A DNA stretch of 50,820 nucleotides. It comes from a virus. Its lineage: Duplodnaviria; Heunggongvirae; Uroviricota; Caudoviricetes. A model generated the notes under the pieces. It made no database searches and was not told where the DNA came from. It saw nothing but the letters and a program-made list of their open reading frames with translations. The stretch spans positions 1 through 50,820 of the IMG/VR virus record IMGVR_UViG_3300029543_000174. One strand, 5' to 3'. The position numbers were made by a program, and so were the translations under genes. Positions 29,451 through 38,068 of this stretch are shown one piece after another (positions within the stretch are counted from its first letter, which is position 1; every line of letters begins with the position of its first letter).

Positions 29451-30289
29451 ATTAAGGTTGTGATGAAATGCAAGAAGAAGGGCAAGAAATAGTTGACTGG
29501 TACTTGACTAAACAATGATTTCACAGCTAAAAAGGGCTAAATCAAGACCTTTATTAACGATTATTTGGTTGACTCGTAGTTGACTGTATACTTTTAGCAC
29601 TCGGCAAGACGGTAATATGAAGATTGTAAAATCAGTAATCGAACATTTGTGTACTTATAGTGGAGATATATAATTGACTTCTATTTGTGTATATACCTGC
29701 TGCACCTAAAATCGTTGCTCAGAGTGCACATTAGCTGACAAAAAGTGTTAAAATTATACATTTAGTACAATTTTCTATATAGAAAAAGCCTTTCATACTA
29801 TTACTCATTGTAATATTTGAGAATAGGAAAAAAACCGTGGAAAAATAATTAACAGCAGGTAAATAAAAAAAGACTTCACAAGGCTGAAATAACGTTTTAA
29901 ACTGCTCAATGTTATCGTAATTGTCTGAAATATAAAATATTGAAATAAAACGGCGTAGAAAGCCACAAAGAATGTTTAATAAAAATTGTTAAGCGTTGTT
30001 TGCAAAAAAAGCAATAAAAAATTTCATTATTTTCACTAAATTTTCACTAAAAATTCACTAAACTGCGTAAAATATTAAAAATTTGCTTGGTTGTTATTGC
30101 GTATTGTAGTAATATTAAATCGTTCTGTGCAGCAGGCTTGTAAAATTCTTGCATATCTCTTGCATATCGAGATGAGATAATATATACTTTTAGGTAGTAG
30201 ATTATGTAAAAACAGCCTAATGCTAATTCCTGTTCGGGCAAATTGCACCAAATTGAGATTTTCGTTATAATAGGTGCTATTTTGACAAG

Positions 30290-30793
30290 GTGGTATTGGA
30301 TTTTGGAAAGTATCCTGATGGAGAAGTAGACAAACCATTAATCGCTTATTTTGAAAAGAAAAATGATTATGTGAAATTCAGGATAAAATATGATAAAAAG
30401 CAGATAACAAAAGGGAAATTCATAGCAACTCCTGAAGGCAACAATGACTACGGTATCTATTATTTTGTTTCAGATGAAACAGCACAGGAAATGACTCGTG
30501 ATGATGCAGAACACATAATTCAAGTTATTGTTACAAGTTATATAGCTGTTAATGCATTGCTATTGTACGGTAATTTGGTAGATGGCACTTCTACAACGGT
30601 AAGAGCCAAAAGTGATGAAGATGATAAACATTATTTCATCAAAGAATACGATAACAAGCTCTACGCTGTAAGTTCACATACACACCGTTCACCGGAAGGT
30701 ATATTTAGTGTAAGAGGGCATTTTAGAAAATATAAGAAGAGTGGAAAAGTCATTTGGATTGATGAGTACCTAAAAGGCACAGAAAAGGATTAA
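30290..30793 (+). CDS. phage-type hypothetical protein, probably 5'-truncated
   Basis: C-terminal VRGHFRKYKKSGKVIWIDEYLKG motif; no convincing SD, and an in-frame TGA 12 codons upstream. Confidence 0.55.
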   Translation: MVLDFGKYPDGEVDKPLIAYFEKKNDYVKFRIKYDKKQITKGKFIATPEGNNDYGIYYFVSDETAQEMTRDDAEHIIQVIVTSYIAVNALLLYGNLVDGTSTTVRAKSDEDDKHYFIKEYDNKLYAVSSHTHRSPEGIFSVRGHFRKYKKSGKVIWIDEYLKGTEKD

Positions 30794-30838
30794 CCTGCTG
30801 CAAGAGGAAGACTATATATAGTGTATCATTAATTTTAG

Positions 30839-30867
30839 TTGACAAAATATGGGATTGGCGATATTAT
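30839..30867 (+). promoter_or_regulatory. sigma-A promoter
   Basis: TTGACA-17-TATTAT. Confidence 0.6.
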
Positions 30868-30913
30868 GAGAAAAAATGATAATATCGTTAAGATATTAGA
30901 AAGGAGAAATCTT

Positions 30914-31216
30914 ATGGAATATCATGTATATCAGAGAACATATACTGCCGACAGAAAAGGCAAGGATTGGACTGCTGATGAGTTGGATGATTTAACAATG
31001 CAATTGACCGAAGATATGGAAATTGATTGCGGCGCATTTGATGACCAAGCTGAAGCTGAGGAAATGTTTGAAGAATGTAAGGTGGAATGTTCATCTAAAT
31101 ATACCGATGATGATAAAGTGGTATTCGATTACTTAACTTTGGAAGAGGTTGAGGAAGATGCCTACGGTAATATTGAGAGCACAATTGATGCTACTTATGT
31201 TGCACCGGTAGAGTAA
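30914..31216 (+). CDS. small, highly acidic protein
   Basis: ATG 30914 behind GAAAGGAG; very D/E-rich; own promoter and terminator (31241-31271). Confidence 0.8.
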   Translation: MEYHVYQRTYTADRKGKDWTADELDDLTMQLTEDMEIDCGAFDDQAEAEEMFEECKVECSSKYTDDDKVVFDYLTLEEVEEDAYGNIESTIDATYVAPVE

Positions 31217-31291
31217 TTAAATATAAAAAATACAATTTATGCAGAGCTTTTCAATGTTGATAAGCTCTGCTTAATTATTAGGAGATATTAT

Positions 31292-32125
31292 ATGCAAATA
31301 ATAAGTCTTATAACAGCAATTATTTCAATGCTTGCAACAATTATAATTGGAATTTTGCAAGTAATACAAAATAAAAAAATTGATAAACGTGATGAGCAAA
31401 GACGTAAAGATTTAATTTATTCAGAAGCAACAAAGTTTATTACGAAATACAGTTTAGATTATAAATATGACATACAATTACTACCATTATGCGTTATGGC
31501 ATATAAATATAATCCTATTTATCCATATCATAGACAAATATATAGTGAGTTCTGTTCTCTTGTCGAAGAAGTTCAAAATTGTATATTAGAAAGATGTAAT
31601 ATTGATATATCAAGTTCCAAAACAAATAAATTTTATGATAAAATTGTAAAACTTTTAGAATCAACCATTAAAATAAATTACCCTAATGATGACGGAAATT
31701 TATTTCACGATAATGGAAAATATTTTAAGTATTCTTTATCAAAATACGGCAATGAGAAAATACCCGATATTTCTTGTAATGCAGATAAATGGTTTGAAAA
31801 AATAAATGCTTCATCAGATAATACTATGGATTATGAAGAACATATTACAAATTTATTAGCTTATGAAAAAGAACGAAAGCCAATTGAACGATTGATGAAC
31901 GAATATACCAGTATGGGAGTTCCAACTACAGGTGCTGGAACCTTGCTTTCATACTTAGCTTGTATTGTGGCTAAATATGCATTTATTTATTCTCATAATG
32001 ATTTACAAAATGAGATTGGATGTATTGAAGATTATCCTTATGAATTATATATGGAAGATTTATTTTTGGATGCATTGTTTAATATTTACTACATAGCAGA
32101 AAATAAAAAATTAATAGAGAATTAA
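31292..32125 (+). CDS. hypothetical protein with an N-terminal TM helix
   Basis: SD AGGAG; very AT-rich; flanked by hairpins. Confidence 0.75.
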   Translation: MQIISLITAIISMLATIIIGILQVIQNKKIDKRDEQRRKDLIYSEATKFITKYSLDYKYDIQLLPLCVMAYKYNPIYPYHRQIYSEFCSLVEEVQNCILERCNIDISSSKTNKFYDKIVKLLESTIKINYPNDDGNLFHDNGKYFKYSLSKYGNEKIPDISCNADKWFEKINASSDNTMDYEEHITNLLAYEKERKPIERLMNEYTSMGVPTTGAGTLLSYLACIVAKYAFIYSHNDLQNEIGCIEDYPYELYMEDLFLDALFNIYYIAENKKLIEN

Positions 32126-32275
32126 AAATCAAATGATTATATTAAAATAAGGACAACAAGTTTGTTGCCCTTATTTTTTTGCGAATTTTTTGTAAATATT
32201 TCTAAAAATGTTCTAAAAAAAACAAATATTTGCGATATTTAATTGGAAACAAAAATGTTGAAAAAGGAATGATTA

Positions 32276-33037
32276 ATTATTAATAATTTTGAAAGTTATT
32301 TATTTGGATTGATTTTGACAGACGGAAGTATTTATTTAACTACAAGAAATAGAGGACATATTTCAATTGAACTTGAGGCAAACGATATTGAATTGTTGAA
32401 AAATATACAAGAAAAAATTCCTGATTCAAAATTAAACACACGAATCAGAAATACAAATTTTAAAGAAAATTACCAAACAGCAACATGGTCTGATTATCAA
32501 AAGGAATTTAGAGAGAAATTTTTTTCTTATGGAATGCCAAAAAAAGATAAAGGTATTTATGGCACAGTTCCTATAGTAAAATATTCAGAAAACGATTTTT
32601 GGAGAGGTGTGATTGATGGAAACGGAAGTATAGGCTTTACAAGTGACGGTGATCCGTTTATTTCATTAACAACTGCAAGTAAAATTTTAAAAGAAAATTT
32701 ATGTGAACTATTATATAAAAAATTCAATATAAAAAAGAATATTAAACCTAATAAAAGAGATAATGTATATAATATTGTTCTAAAATGTGAAGATGCTATT
32801 GCTTTTTGCGATTTTTTATATAAAAATGCTGAGATATATTTACAACGTAAATATATCAAATACATAGAAATAAAAAAATGGAAAAGAACTAAGAAAAAAA
32901 TATATTCTCAATCATGGACGTCAGAAGAAATAGAATTTATAAAAACACATACTGTAAAAGAATCAATGATTCATTTACAAAGAACAGAAAAATCAATAAA
33001 AATGAAGTTATGGAGAGTCAAACAAAATAATTTATAA
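32276..33037 (+). CDS. free-standing two-motif LAGLIDADG endonuclease-like protein with a C-terminal Myb/HTH-like tail
   Basis: YLFGLILTDGSI (needs an ATT start at 32276 or 32279) and FWRGVIDGNGSI; tail WTSEEIEFIK...RTEKSIKMK. Confidence 0.8.
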   Translation: MINNFESYLFGLILTDGSIYLTTRNRGHISIELEANDIELLKNIQEKIPDSKLNTRIRNTNFKENYQTATWSDYQKEFREKFFSYGMPKKDKGIYGTVPIVKYSENDFWRGVIDGNGSIGFTSDGDPFISLTTASKILKENLCELLYKKFNIKKNIKPNKRDNVYNIVLKCEDAIAFCDFLYKNAEIYLQRKYIKYIEIKKWKRTKKKIYSQSWTSEEIEFIKTHTVKESMIHLQRTEKSIKMKLWRVKQNNL

Positions 33038-33058
33038 TGAATTTGAAAGGATGATAAT

Positions 33059-34303
33059 ATGAGAAATTATAATTTAAAGATATTTACAGAAAACATTGAA
33101 CCTGTGGCTTTAAACCAAATATATGAGTTGGTAAAGCAACCTGCATTTTCTGATTGTAAGGTGAGAATAATGCCGGACGTACATGCCGGCACAGGTTGCG
33201 TAATCGGATTTACAGCAGATTTAGGAGAAAAGGTAATCCCTAATATTGTAGGTGTTGATATTGGCTGTGGTATGCTTACAGCAAAGTTAGGTAAGATAGA
33301 TATAGACTATGCAGAACTTGATAGAGTAATTAGAAATTATATTCCTTATGGAAGAAATGTAAGAGATGATGCAGTTGAATGTATATTAGATGATGATATT
33401 GATAAACTCAGGTGTTACAAACATTTAAAAAATATTAATGGAATTAGATGCAGTCTTGGTACACTTGGTTCTAATAACCACTTTATAGAAGTTGATGAAT
33501 CTAAAGATGGTACAAAATACTTGATTATACATACAGGTAGTCGTAATCTTGGTAAACAAGTTGCAGAGTATTACCAGAACAGAGCCATCGAAGAGATGTC
33601 AGGCAAGGATGAACTTGAACAACAGTGCCAGAATCTCATAAAGCAATACAAAGCTGATGGCAGACAAAAGGAAATTGAAAAAGCCTTAAGTGAACTCAGA
33701 CGGAAGTGGCAAAACAAAAAATTAAATGTTCCAAAAGAACTTTGCTACTTAACAGGTCAAAGCAGACTTGATTACCTTCACGATATGACGATTTGTCAGC
33801 AGTTTGCATCATTAAATAGGCTTCGTATTTTTCTTATTATTGCAAGAGCAATGGGATGGGAAGTTGTTTCAAATGTTGCTATAACTCACGATGCGCCTAA
33901 TTTATTTGAAACAGTACATAATTACATTGACTTCACAACCAACCACGATACTAATATGGTCCGAAAAGGTGCGATTTCTGCCAAAAAAGGTGAATATGTA
34001 TTAATCCCTATGAATATGCGTGACGGATGTATTTTAGGAATAGGAAAGGGAAATGAGGACTGGAATTGTTCAGCTCCGCACGGTGCAGGACGGCTTATGA
34101 GCAGAAGTATGGCAAAAGATACTATTTCTCTTGATGAATACAAAAACTCAATGCAGGGTATCTACACGACCTCTGTGTGCCAAGAAACAATTGATGAGTC
34201 ACCACAGGCTTACAAATCAAAAAATGAAATTGTAAAACTTATCGAGCCTACTGTTGAAGTGATTGAGATTTTAAAGCCGGTATACAACTTCAAGGCAAAC
34301 TAA
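33059..34303 (+). CDS. rtcB: RtcB family RNA ligase
   Basis: MPDVHAG, VGVDIGCG, GTLGSNNHFIEV, HTGSR, HNY, RKGA, SAPHGAGR, DESPQAYK. Confidence 0.96.
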   Translation: MRNYNLKIFTENIEPVALNQIYELVKQPAFSDCKVRIMPDVHAGTGCVIGFTADLGEKVIPNIVGVDIGCGMLTAKLGKIDIDYAELDRVIRNYIPYGRNVRDDAVECILDDDIDKLRCYKHLKNINGIRCSLGTLGSNNHFIEVDESKDGTKYLIIHTGSRNLGKQVAEYYQNRAIEEMSGKDELEQQCQNLIKQYKADGRQKEIEKALSELRRKWQNKKLNVPKELCYLTGQSRLDYLHDMTICQQFASLNRLRIFLIIARAMGWEVVSNVAITHDAPNLFETVHNYIDFTTNHDTNMVRKGAISAKKGEYVLIPMNMRDGCILGIGKGNEDWNCSAPHGAGRLMSRSMAKDTISLDEYKNSMQGIYTTSVCQETIDESPQAYKSKNEIVKLIEPTVEVIEILKPVYNFKAN

Positions 34304-34425
34304 ATCTGTTCTGCCATATACAAACTATAGCAAAAACAAGAGTGGAGAACCTGCTGCTCTTGTTTTTTTGTTTTATTTACTTTTATAAAAAATATTTAAT
34401 TAAAAATTTAGAAAGGAAATTTAAT

Positions 34426-35199
34426 ATGAAAGAATTAATTAATCAAAAAGAAATACTGGAAAATGTGAAAAAAATATTCGAAAATTGCGGATTTCATGGA
34501 ATAACGTCTACTGATAAAAAAGAATTTGAGAATTTACTAATGTCAGTTAAAGAAAATGATACGAAAAATAAAACTGAATTTCCTGATTTTATATCCGAAA
34601 ATGGCTTTGTTGAACATTTTCATGTAACATCCGGCAAATCTACACGTAAAGGTTATGATACAACAACACAAGAATCCAAAATGCAAAAAAGTCATGAATC
34701 TTTTATGAAAAATGTTTCTGAAAAAACATTGGAAACATATAACAATGATGAACCTTGTGAAAGTCAATCAGAAACAGCATTTTTGAGAGAAAATGATTCT
34801 ATAGAAAATTTTCACAAAAGTTTCAAAAGATGTTGGGAAAATCACATAGAACATTTACATAATTACAAAGGAAACAAACATTTATCTTGCTTCCTTGTAT
34901 CATCAGATGATGTTTTTGAAATATATGAAATTGTGCAAAGAGAAGAAGGTATGCTTTTTGGAGATTTAGAAAATAAAGAACCAATAGAGTTTTGTCTTTC
35001 TTATGATTTTGAACTACTTGATTATATATATAAATACCGTGATGATATTGACTATGTTATTTATTACAACAAGCATCGAAACTATTTTGAATTATTAAAA
35101 ATTAAAAACATTCCAGCAATTAAGCAAGTTTTATCTGAACGTATATATGAAATACGCCCTTTACCAACAATGGAAGCTTCAATTACTTATAACATATGA
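34426..35199 (+). CDS. hypothetical protein with a PD-(D/E)xK-like motif
   Basis: FPDFISENGFVEHFHVTS; ATG 34426 behind GAAAGGA. Confidence 0.6.
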   Translation: MKELINQKEILENVKKIFENCGFHGITSTDKKEFENLLMSVKENDTKNKTEFPDFISENGFVEHFHVTSGKSTRKGYDTTTQESKMQKSHESFMKNVSEKTLETYNNDEPCESQSETAFLRENDSIENFHKSFKRCWENHIEHLHNYKGNKHLSCFLVSSDDVFEIYEIVQREEGMLFGDLENKEPIEFCLSYDFELLDYIYKYRDDIDYVIYYNKHRNYFELLKIKNIPAIKQVLSERIYEIRPLPTMEASITYNI

Positions 35200-35235
35200 A
35201 AAACTGTCAACAACAATAAATGAGCATAACAAAAA

Positions 35236-35271
35236 AAGACAAGTGCAGCAGGTTTGCACTTGTCTCTTTTT
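35236..35271. terminator. bidirectional terminator with GCAGCAGG at the loop
   Basis: AGACAAGTGCA-GCAGGTT-TGCACTTGTCT flanked by A and T runs. Confidence 0.75.
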
Positions 35272-35296
35272 ATAATTGTACATATTGATTTTTGAC

Positions 35297-35476
35297 AAAA
35301 AAATAAGCACCGAACTAATCCGGTGCTTTTATATGAAACCAAGAAGGAGGTAGACCGTCCTTGGGTTCAGTTGACTTTAAGAAAGATTGAGTATCTATAC
35401 CGTTTTGTAAATTGAAATTTTAAAATATTATATTAGTCCTGAAAACAGAGTGAATTGACACACAATCTTTCTTTTG
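35297..35476 (-). ncRNA. predicted sRNA A with an anti-SD loop
   Basis: promoter TTGCAA(35510-35505)-17-TATAAT(35487-35482) with TGn; 5' stem AAGAAAGAUUG/CAAUCUUUCUU; hairpin with loop CGGUCUACCUCC; terminator AAGCACCGGA/UUCGGUGCUU; G-U wobbles work only on the minus strand. Confidence 0.72.
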
Positions 35477-35726
35477 TCTTGATTATATCACAAGTTTAAG
35501 GACTTTGCAATATAATCAAAGCAAAAGTGGAAATTATCACATCCGGAATTTAAAACCGTTAAGCCGGAATGTTTATTATTAATAGACCATCTCGTAAATT
35601 TGGTAAAAAGTCAATGGCTGTTTTAAAAAATTGTAATAATTGCAGTTTGTTTGATTCACTTATTGCAAATATATATGCAGGAAATTTTAAAAACAACTAT
35701 GAAATTAATAAAAAGATATTCCACTT

Positions 35727-35933
35727 TTGCACAAATGGATGAAAAAATTAGTTGAAATGCTTAGAACTGGTTTTAAAGAAAAACAATATATCATTGAGGA
35801 TTTAATCAATCCGGGTGCATACTTACTGTCAGGTGCACCGAAGTGTGGCAAAACCATCTTAGCAACACAAATAGCAGTTGCAGTAAATATAGCTAAATTT
35901 CGCATCCATATATATCAAACACCTAAAAGGTGA
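35727..35933 (+). pseudogene. fragment of an AAA_25/RepA-like helicase
   Basis: YIIEDLI.PG.YLLSGAPKCGKTILATQIAVAV, then the frame ends. Confidence 0.7.
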
Positions 35934-35944
35934 TGATAACATTT

Positions 35945-36036
35945 TAAAAGAAAGACAGAAATGATTACTTAAAGAGCAAAAAACACAATGGGAAGCTGTG
36001 ATAAAAGAGGTGACAAGTATCTCCCTGTCTTTCTGT
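35945..36036 (-). ncRNA. predicted sRNA B with an anti-SD-like loop (GUCACCUCUUU)
   Basis: promoter TTGACA(36069-36064)-17-TATAAT(36046-36041); 5'/3' pairing GACAGAAA/UUUCUGUC; inner GGGAG/CUUCCC and GAUA/UAUC; could instead encode a 15-aa peptide. Confidence 0.55.
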
Positions 36037-36049
36037 CTTAATTATACTA

Positions 36050-36065
36050 CACTGAATAGTAGGTG
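36050..36065. promoter_or_regulatory. 16-bp operator CACCTACTATTCAGTG (copy 1 of 5)
   Basis: copies at 36050-36065, 36255-36270 (one mismatch), 37466-37481, 37825-37840 and 38040-38055, each overlapping a -35 box and spacer. Confidence 0.85.
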
Positions 36066-36118
36066 TCAATAGGAAAACTGCGAATTTTTTGCGAACATTT
36101 ACTCCATTATGATTAAAG

Positions 36119-36240
36119 TAAAAAGCACCGGAAAACCGGTGCTTTAAAATTATATAAAACCAAAGAGGAGGTATAGTCTTTAGTTTTTGTTTGATAAGAA
36201 AAGCAAAAGTAAAAATATTAATATTCCCTTTGCTTTTCTA
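36119..36240 (-). ncRNA. predicted sRNA C with an anti-SD loop (paralog of A)
   Basis: promoter TTGACA(36274-36269)-17-TACAAT(36251-36246); 5' stem AGAAAAGCAAAG/UUUUGCUUUUCU; hairpin AAAACUAAAGA-CUAUACCUCC-UCUUUGGUUUU; terminator AAAGCACCGG/CCGGUGCUUU. Confidence 0.75.
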
Positions 36241-36499
36241 ACTAAATTGTAACACACTGAATAGTAAGTGTCAACAGAAAAACTGTGAACTTTTTGCGAA
36301 TTATCCCCTCTAAAAATAATGTTTTTAGGGGATTTTTTCTTTTTGTAAAAGAACTAAAAATTTCATCTCCAAATTTTTAAAATTAACACTTGGAGGAATT
36401 ATATCAGCTACGATTGATGTTCGTAATGCCAGAGATTATCATGCTGCCATTGTAGCTTTTATGTCTTTTCGCAAAACAAAAGCCCGGCATAAGCCGAGC

Positions 36500-36631
36500 T
36501 TAGATATTTTTACTTTCGATACTACTCATTAGAAAATTCAGTTGCTCTCTTGTAAGCATCTGAGGTAAATATTTACGATATTGTTTGAGAACAGTATCAT
36601 TGTTGTCCTTTTTTGTAAACTTAATTCTGAT
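36500..36631 (-). CDS. 43-aa ORF with an ATC start, missing from the ORF track
   Basis: SD AGGAG 7 nt upstream; IRIKFTKKDNNDTVLKQYRKYLPQMLTREQLNFLMSSIESKNI; stop abuts the terminator at 36473-36501. Confidence 0.45.
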   Translation of the reverse strand: MRIKFTKKDNNDTVLKQYRKYLPQMLTREQLNFLMSSIESKNI

Positions 36632-36649
36632 ATTAACACTCCTATATCT

Positions 36650-36982
36650 TTAATAACTTTTTGAACCCGGAATATATTCTTGCATGAGATAATCCCAATT
36701 TACCAAGTATGTACTTTGATTCATTTTTTGTAATGCTCTGAATTTACAAAGTTCACGTAAACGCTCACTTACTTTTGATTGAGATACAGAAAATTTGTCG
36801 ATAATTTCCTTCTGCTTAAATGTAACAAAATAATGATCTTTACATTCATCAAAGAAAAACTTGTTTTTACGAGGTACTACAAGTTCATTATCTATTACTG
36901 CTTTTGGCAATAGATATTCAAGTAGTTTTATGTCGTTCTTTGAATATTGTAACATTTCGTCAATTCTTTCAAATACTTTCAT
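36650..36982 (-). CDS. winged-HTH protein (RepL/MarR-like), similar to 39803-40117
   Basis: KQKEIIDKFSVSQSKVSERLRELC...YLVN; ATG 36982 behind AAGGAGG. Confidence 0.7.
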   Translation of the reverse strand: MKVFERIDEMLQYSKNDIKLLEYLLPKAVIDNELVVPRKNKFFFDECKDHYFVTFKQKEIIDKFSVSQSKVSERLRELCKFRALQKMNQSTYLVNWDYLMQEYIPGSKSY

Positions 36983-36995
36983 TAAAAAATCCTCC

Positions 36996-37430
36996 TTAAT
37001 ATACATCCTGATGGTCCTGCACAACAGAATCATCATTATTAACGTTATTGTTGCCGGGGAAATTGTCTTTGCAAGAATATTGATTGTTGTGTGCTTTTAC
37101 ACGTTTCTTGTATTTGCCGCCTTTAATAATCTTTACAACAGCTAAAACTGCATAGAAAACTGTAAGCGTAAGAGCATACAAAGGAATAGTTTTTACGATA
37201 ACACTAACAGTATTGCTGTAACTTAACAGATTTGCAAATTTTACAAAATGATTTTCCAAATAAGCAAATCCGAAATATGTTACTGCACACCAAATACAAT
37301 GGTATAACATTTTGCCTAAAGCACTTTTGCTCGACATATATTTTGCATTACGTAAAAATAATATTACATTACCTATTACATATATAATTATTATGACTTG
37401 GATTACTTTTACAATAGTTTGAGTATCCAT
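36996..37430 (-). CDS. three-TM membrane protein
   Basis: hydrophobic helices; SD AAGGAG; promoter TTGACA(37485-37480)-17-TATAAT(37462-37457) carries the operator in inverted orientation. Confidence 0.75.
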   Translation of the reverse strand: MDTQTIVKVIQVIIIIYVIGNVILFLRNAKYMSSKSALGKMLYHCIWCAVTYFGFAYLENHFVKFANLLSYSNTVSVIVKTIPLYALTLTVFYAVLAVVKIIKGGKYKKRVKAHNNQYSCKDNFPGNNNVNNDDSVVQDHQDVY

Positions 37431-37555
37431 TTTTTATATCTCCTTTTTACACTATAATTATACCACACCTACTATTCAGTGTCAATGCTGAAATGGTAAA
37501 TATTTCTTTAATAATAGCCATTTTTTGTAAAAAGAAAAAGCCACCAATAGGTGAC

Positions 37556-37777
37556 TTATTTTTTGGTGCTATTTCTTTTCTGAGCTGATTTTCTTTTTTT
37601 AATTTCTTTCCTTATCAGCTCTTTGACAAATTGTGTTTTGTTCGGTAGAATGCCTAAGAACTCAATGATATCGGCATCATATTCTTTGTTCAGGGTAAAT
37701 GTAAATTGTTTTAGATTAGCATTTTTATACTCTAAATTATATTTCTTTTTATCAAATTTTTTTGTTTCTTCTGACAT
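37556..37777 (-). CDS. small ribbon-helix-helix-like DNA-binding protein
   Basis: alternating strand KQFTFTLNK followed by two helices DADIIEFL / NKTQFVKELIRKEI; SD AGGAG. Confidence 0.7.
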   Translation of the reverse strand: MSEETKKFDKKKYNLEYKNANLKQFTFTLNKEYDADIIEFLGILPNKTQFVKELIRKEIKKRKSAQKRNSTKK

Positions 37778-37854
37778 AAATACAATATCTCCTAAAAAAA
37801 TAATTTTTTTAAAAATGGCCTTGACACCTACTATTCAGTGCGCTATAGTATAGG

Positions 37855-37930
37855 TGTAGAGGACGTCAAGCCCCCTCTACTTCATTTAAACACTCTTTGT
37901 TTTTTCCCAGAGACAAAGAGTGTTTTTTCT
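37855..37930 (+). ncRNA. predicted ~75-nt sRNA D
   Basis: promoter TTGACA(37821)-17-TATAGT(37844); hairpin GUAGAGG/CCUCUAC; terminator AAACACUCUUUGU/ACAAAGAGUGUUU plus U run; no ORF. Confidence 0.7.
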
Positions 37931-38068
37931 TTTTTGGGTATTGGAAAAAAATGGTAATTATATAATACTTAATTATTATATCATATTTGTTATAATCATA
38001 CAATTACAAAATTTTATTTTTTTTCAAAAATGACCTTGACACCTACTATTCAGTGCGCTATAGTATAG

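Noticed and set aside
29310..29970. DnaA boxes in the large intergenic region
   Set aside because: Only scattered near-matches with mismatches; no convincing cluster.
29082..30338. Minus-strand ORFs 29082-29321, 30047-30241 and 30075-30338
   Set aside because: No SD, atypical composition, and overlap with repeat-rich non-coding DNA.
32276..33037. LAGLIDADG ORF as an intein or group I intron in rtcB
   Set aside because: It is a separate ORF with its own stop, has no Cys/Ser start or HN end, and rtcB is continuous.
35969..36016. 15-aa hydrophobic peptide MSPLLSQLPIVFFAL in sRNA B
   Set aside because: TTG start only about 4 nt from the SD and very short; kept only as an alternative reading.
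35335..36240. Plus-strand AGGAGG sites as RBSs of type I toxin genes
   Set aside because: Only a 9-aa polar ORF (A) or a TTG about 18 nt away (C) follows; promoters and G-U wobbles favour the minus strand.
36500..36631. Resemblance of the 43-aa ORF to ribosomal protein bS21
   Set aside because: Only a loose N-terminal pattern; it lacks the conserved R..Y.KPS region.
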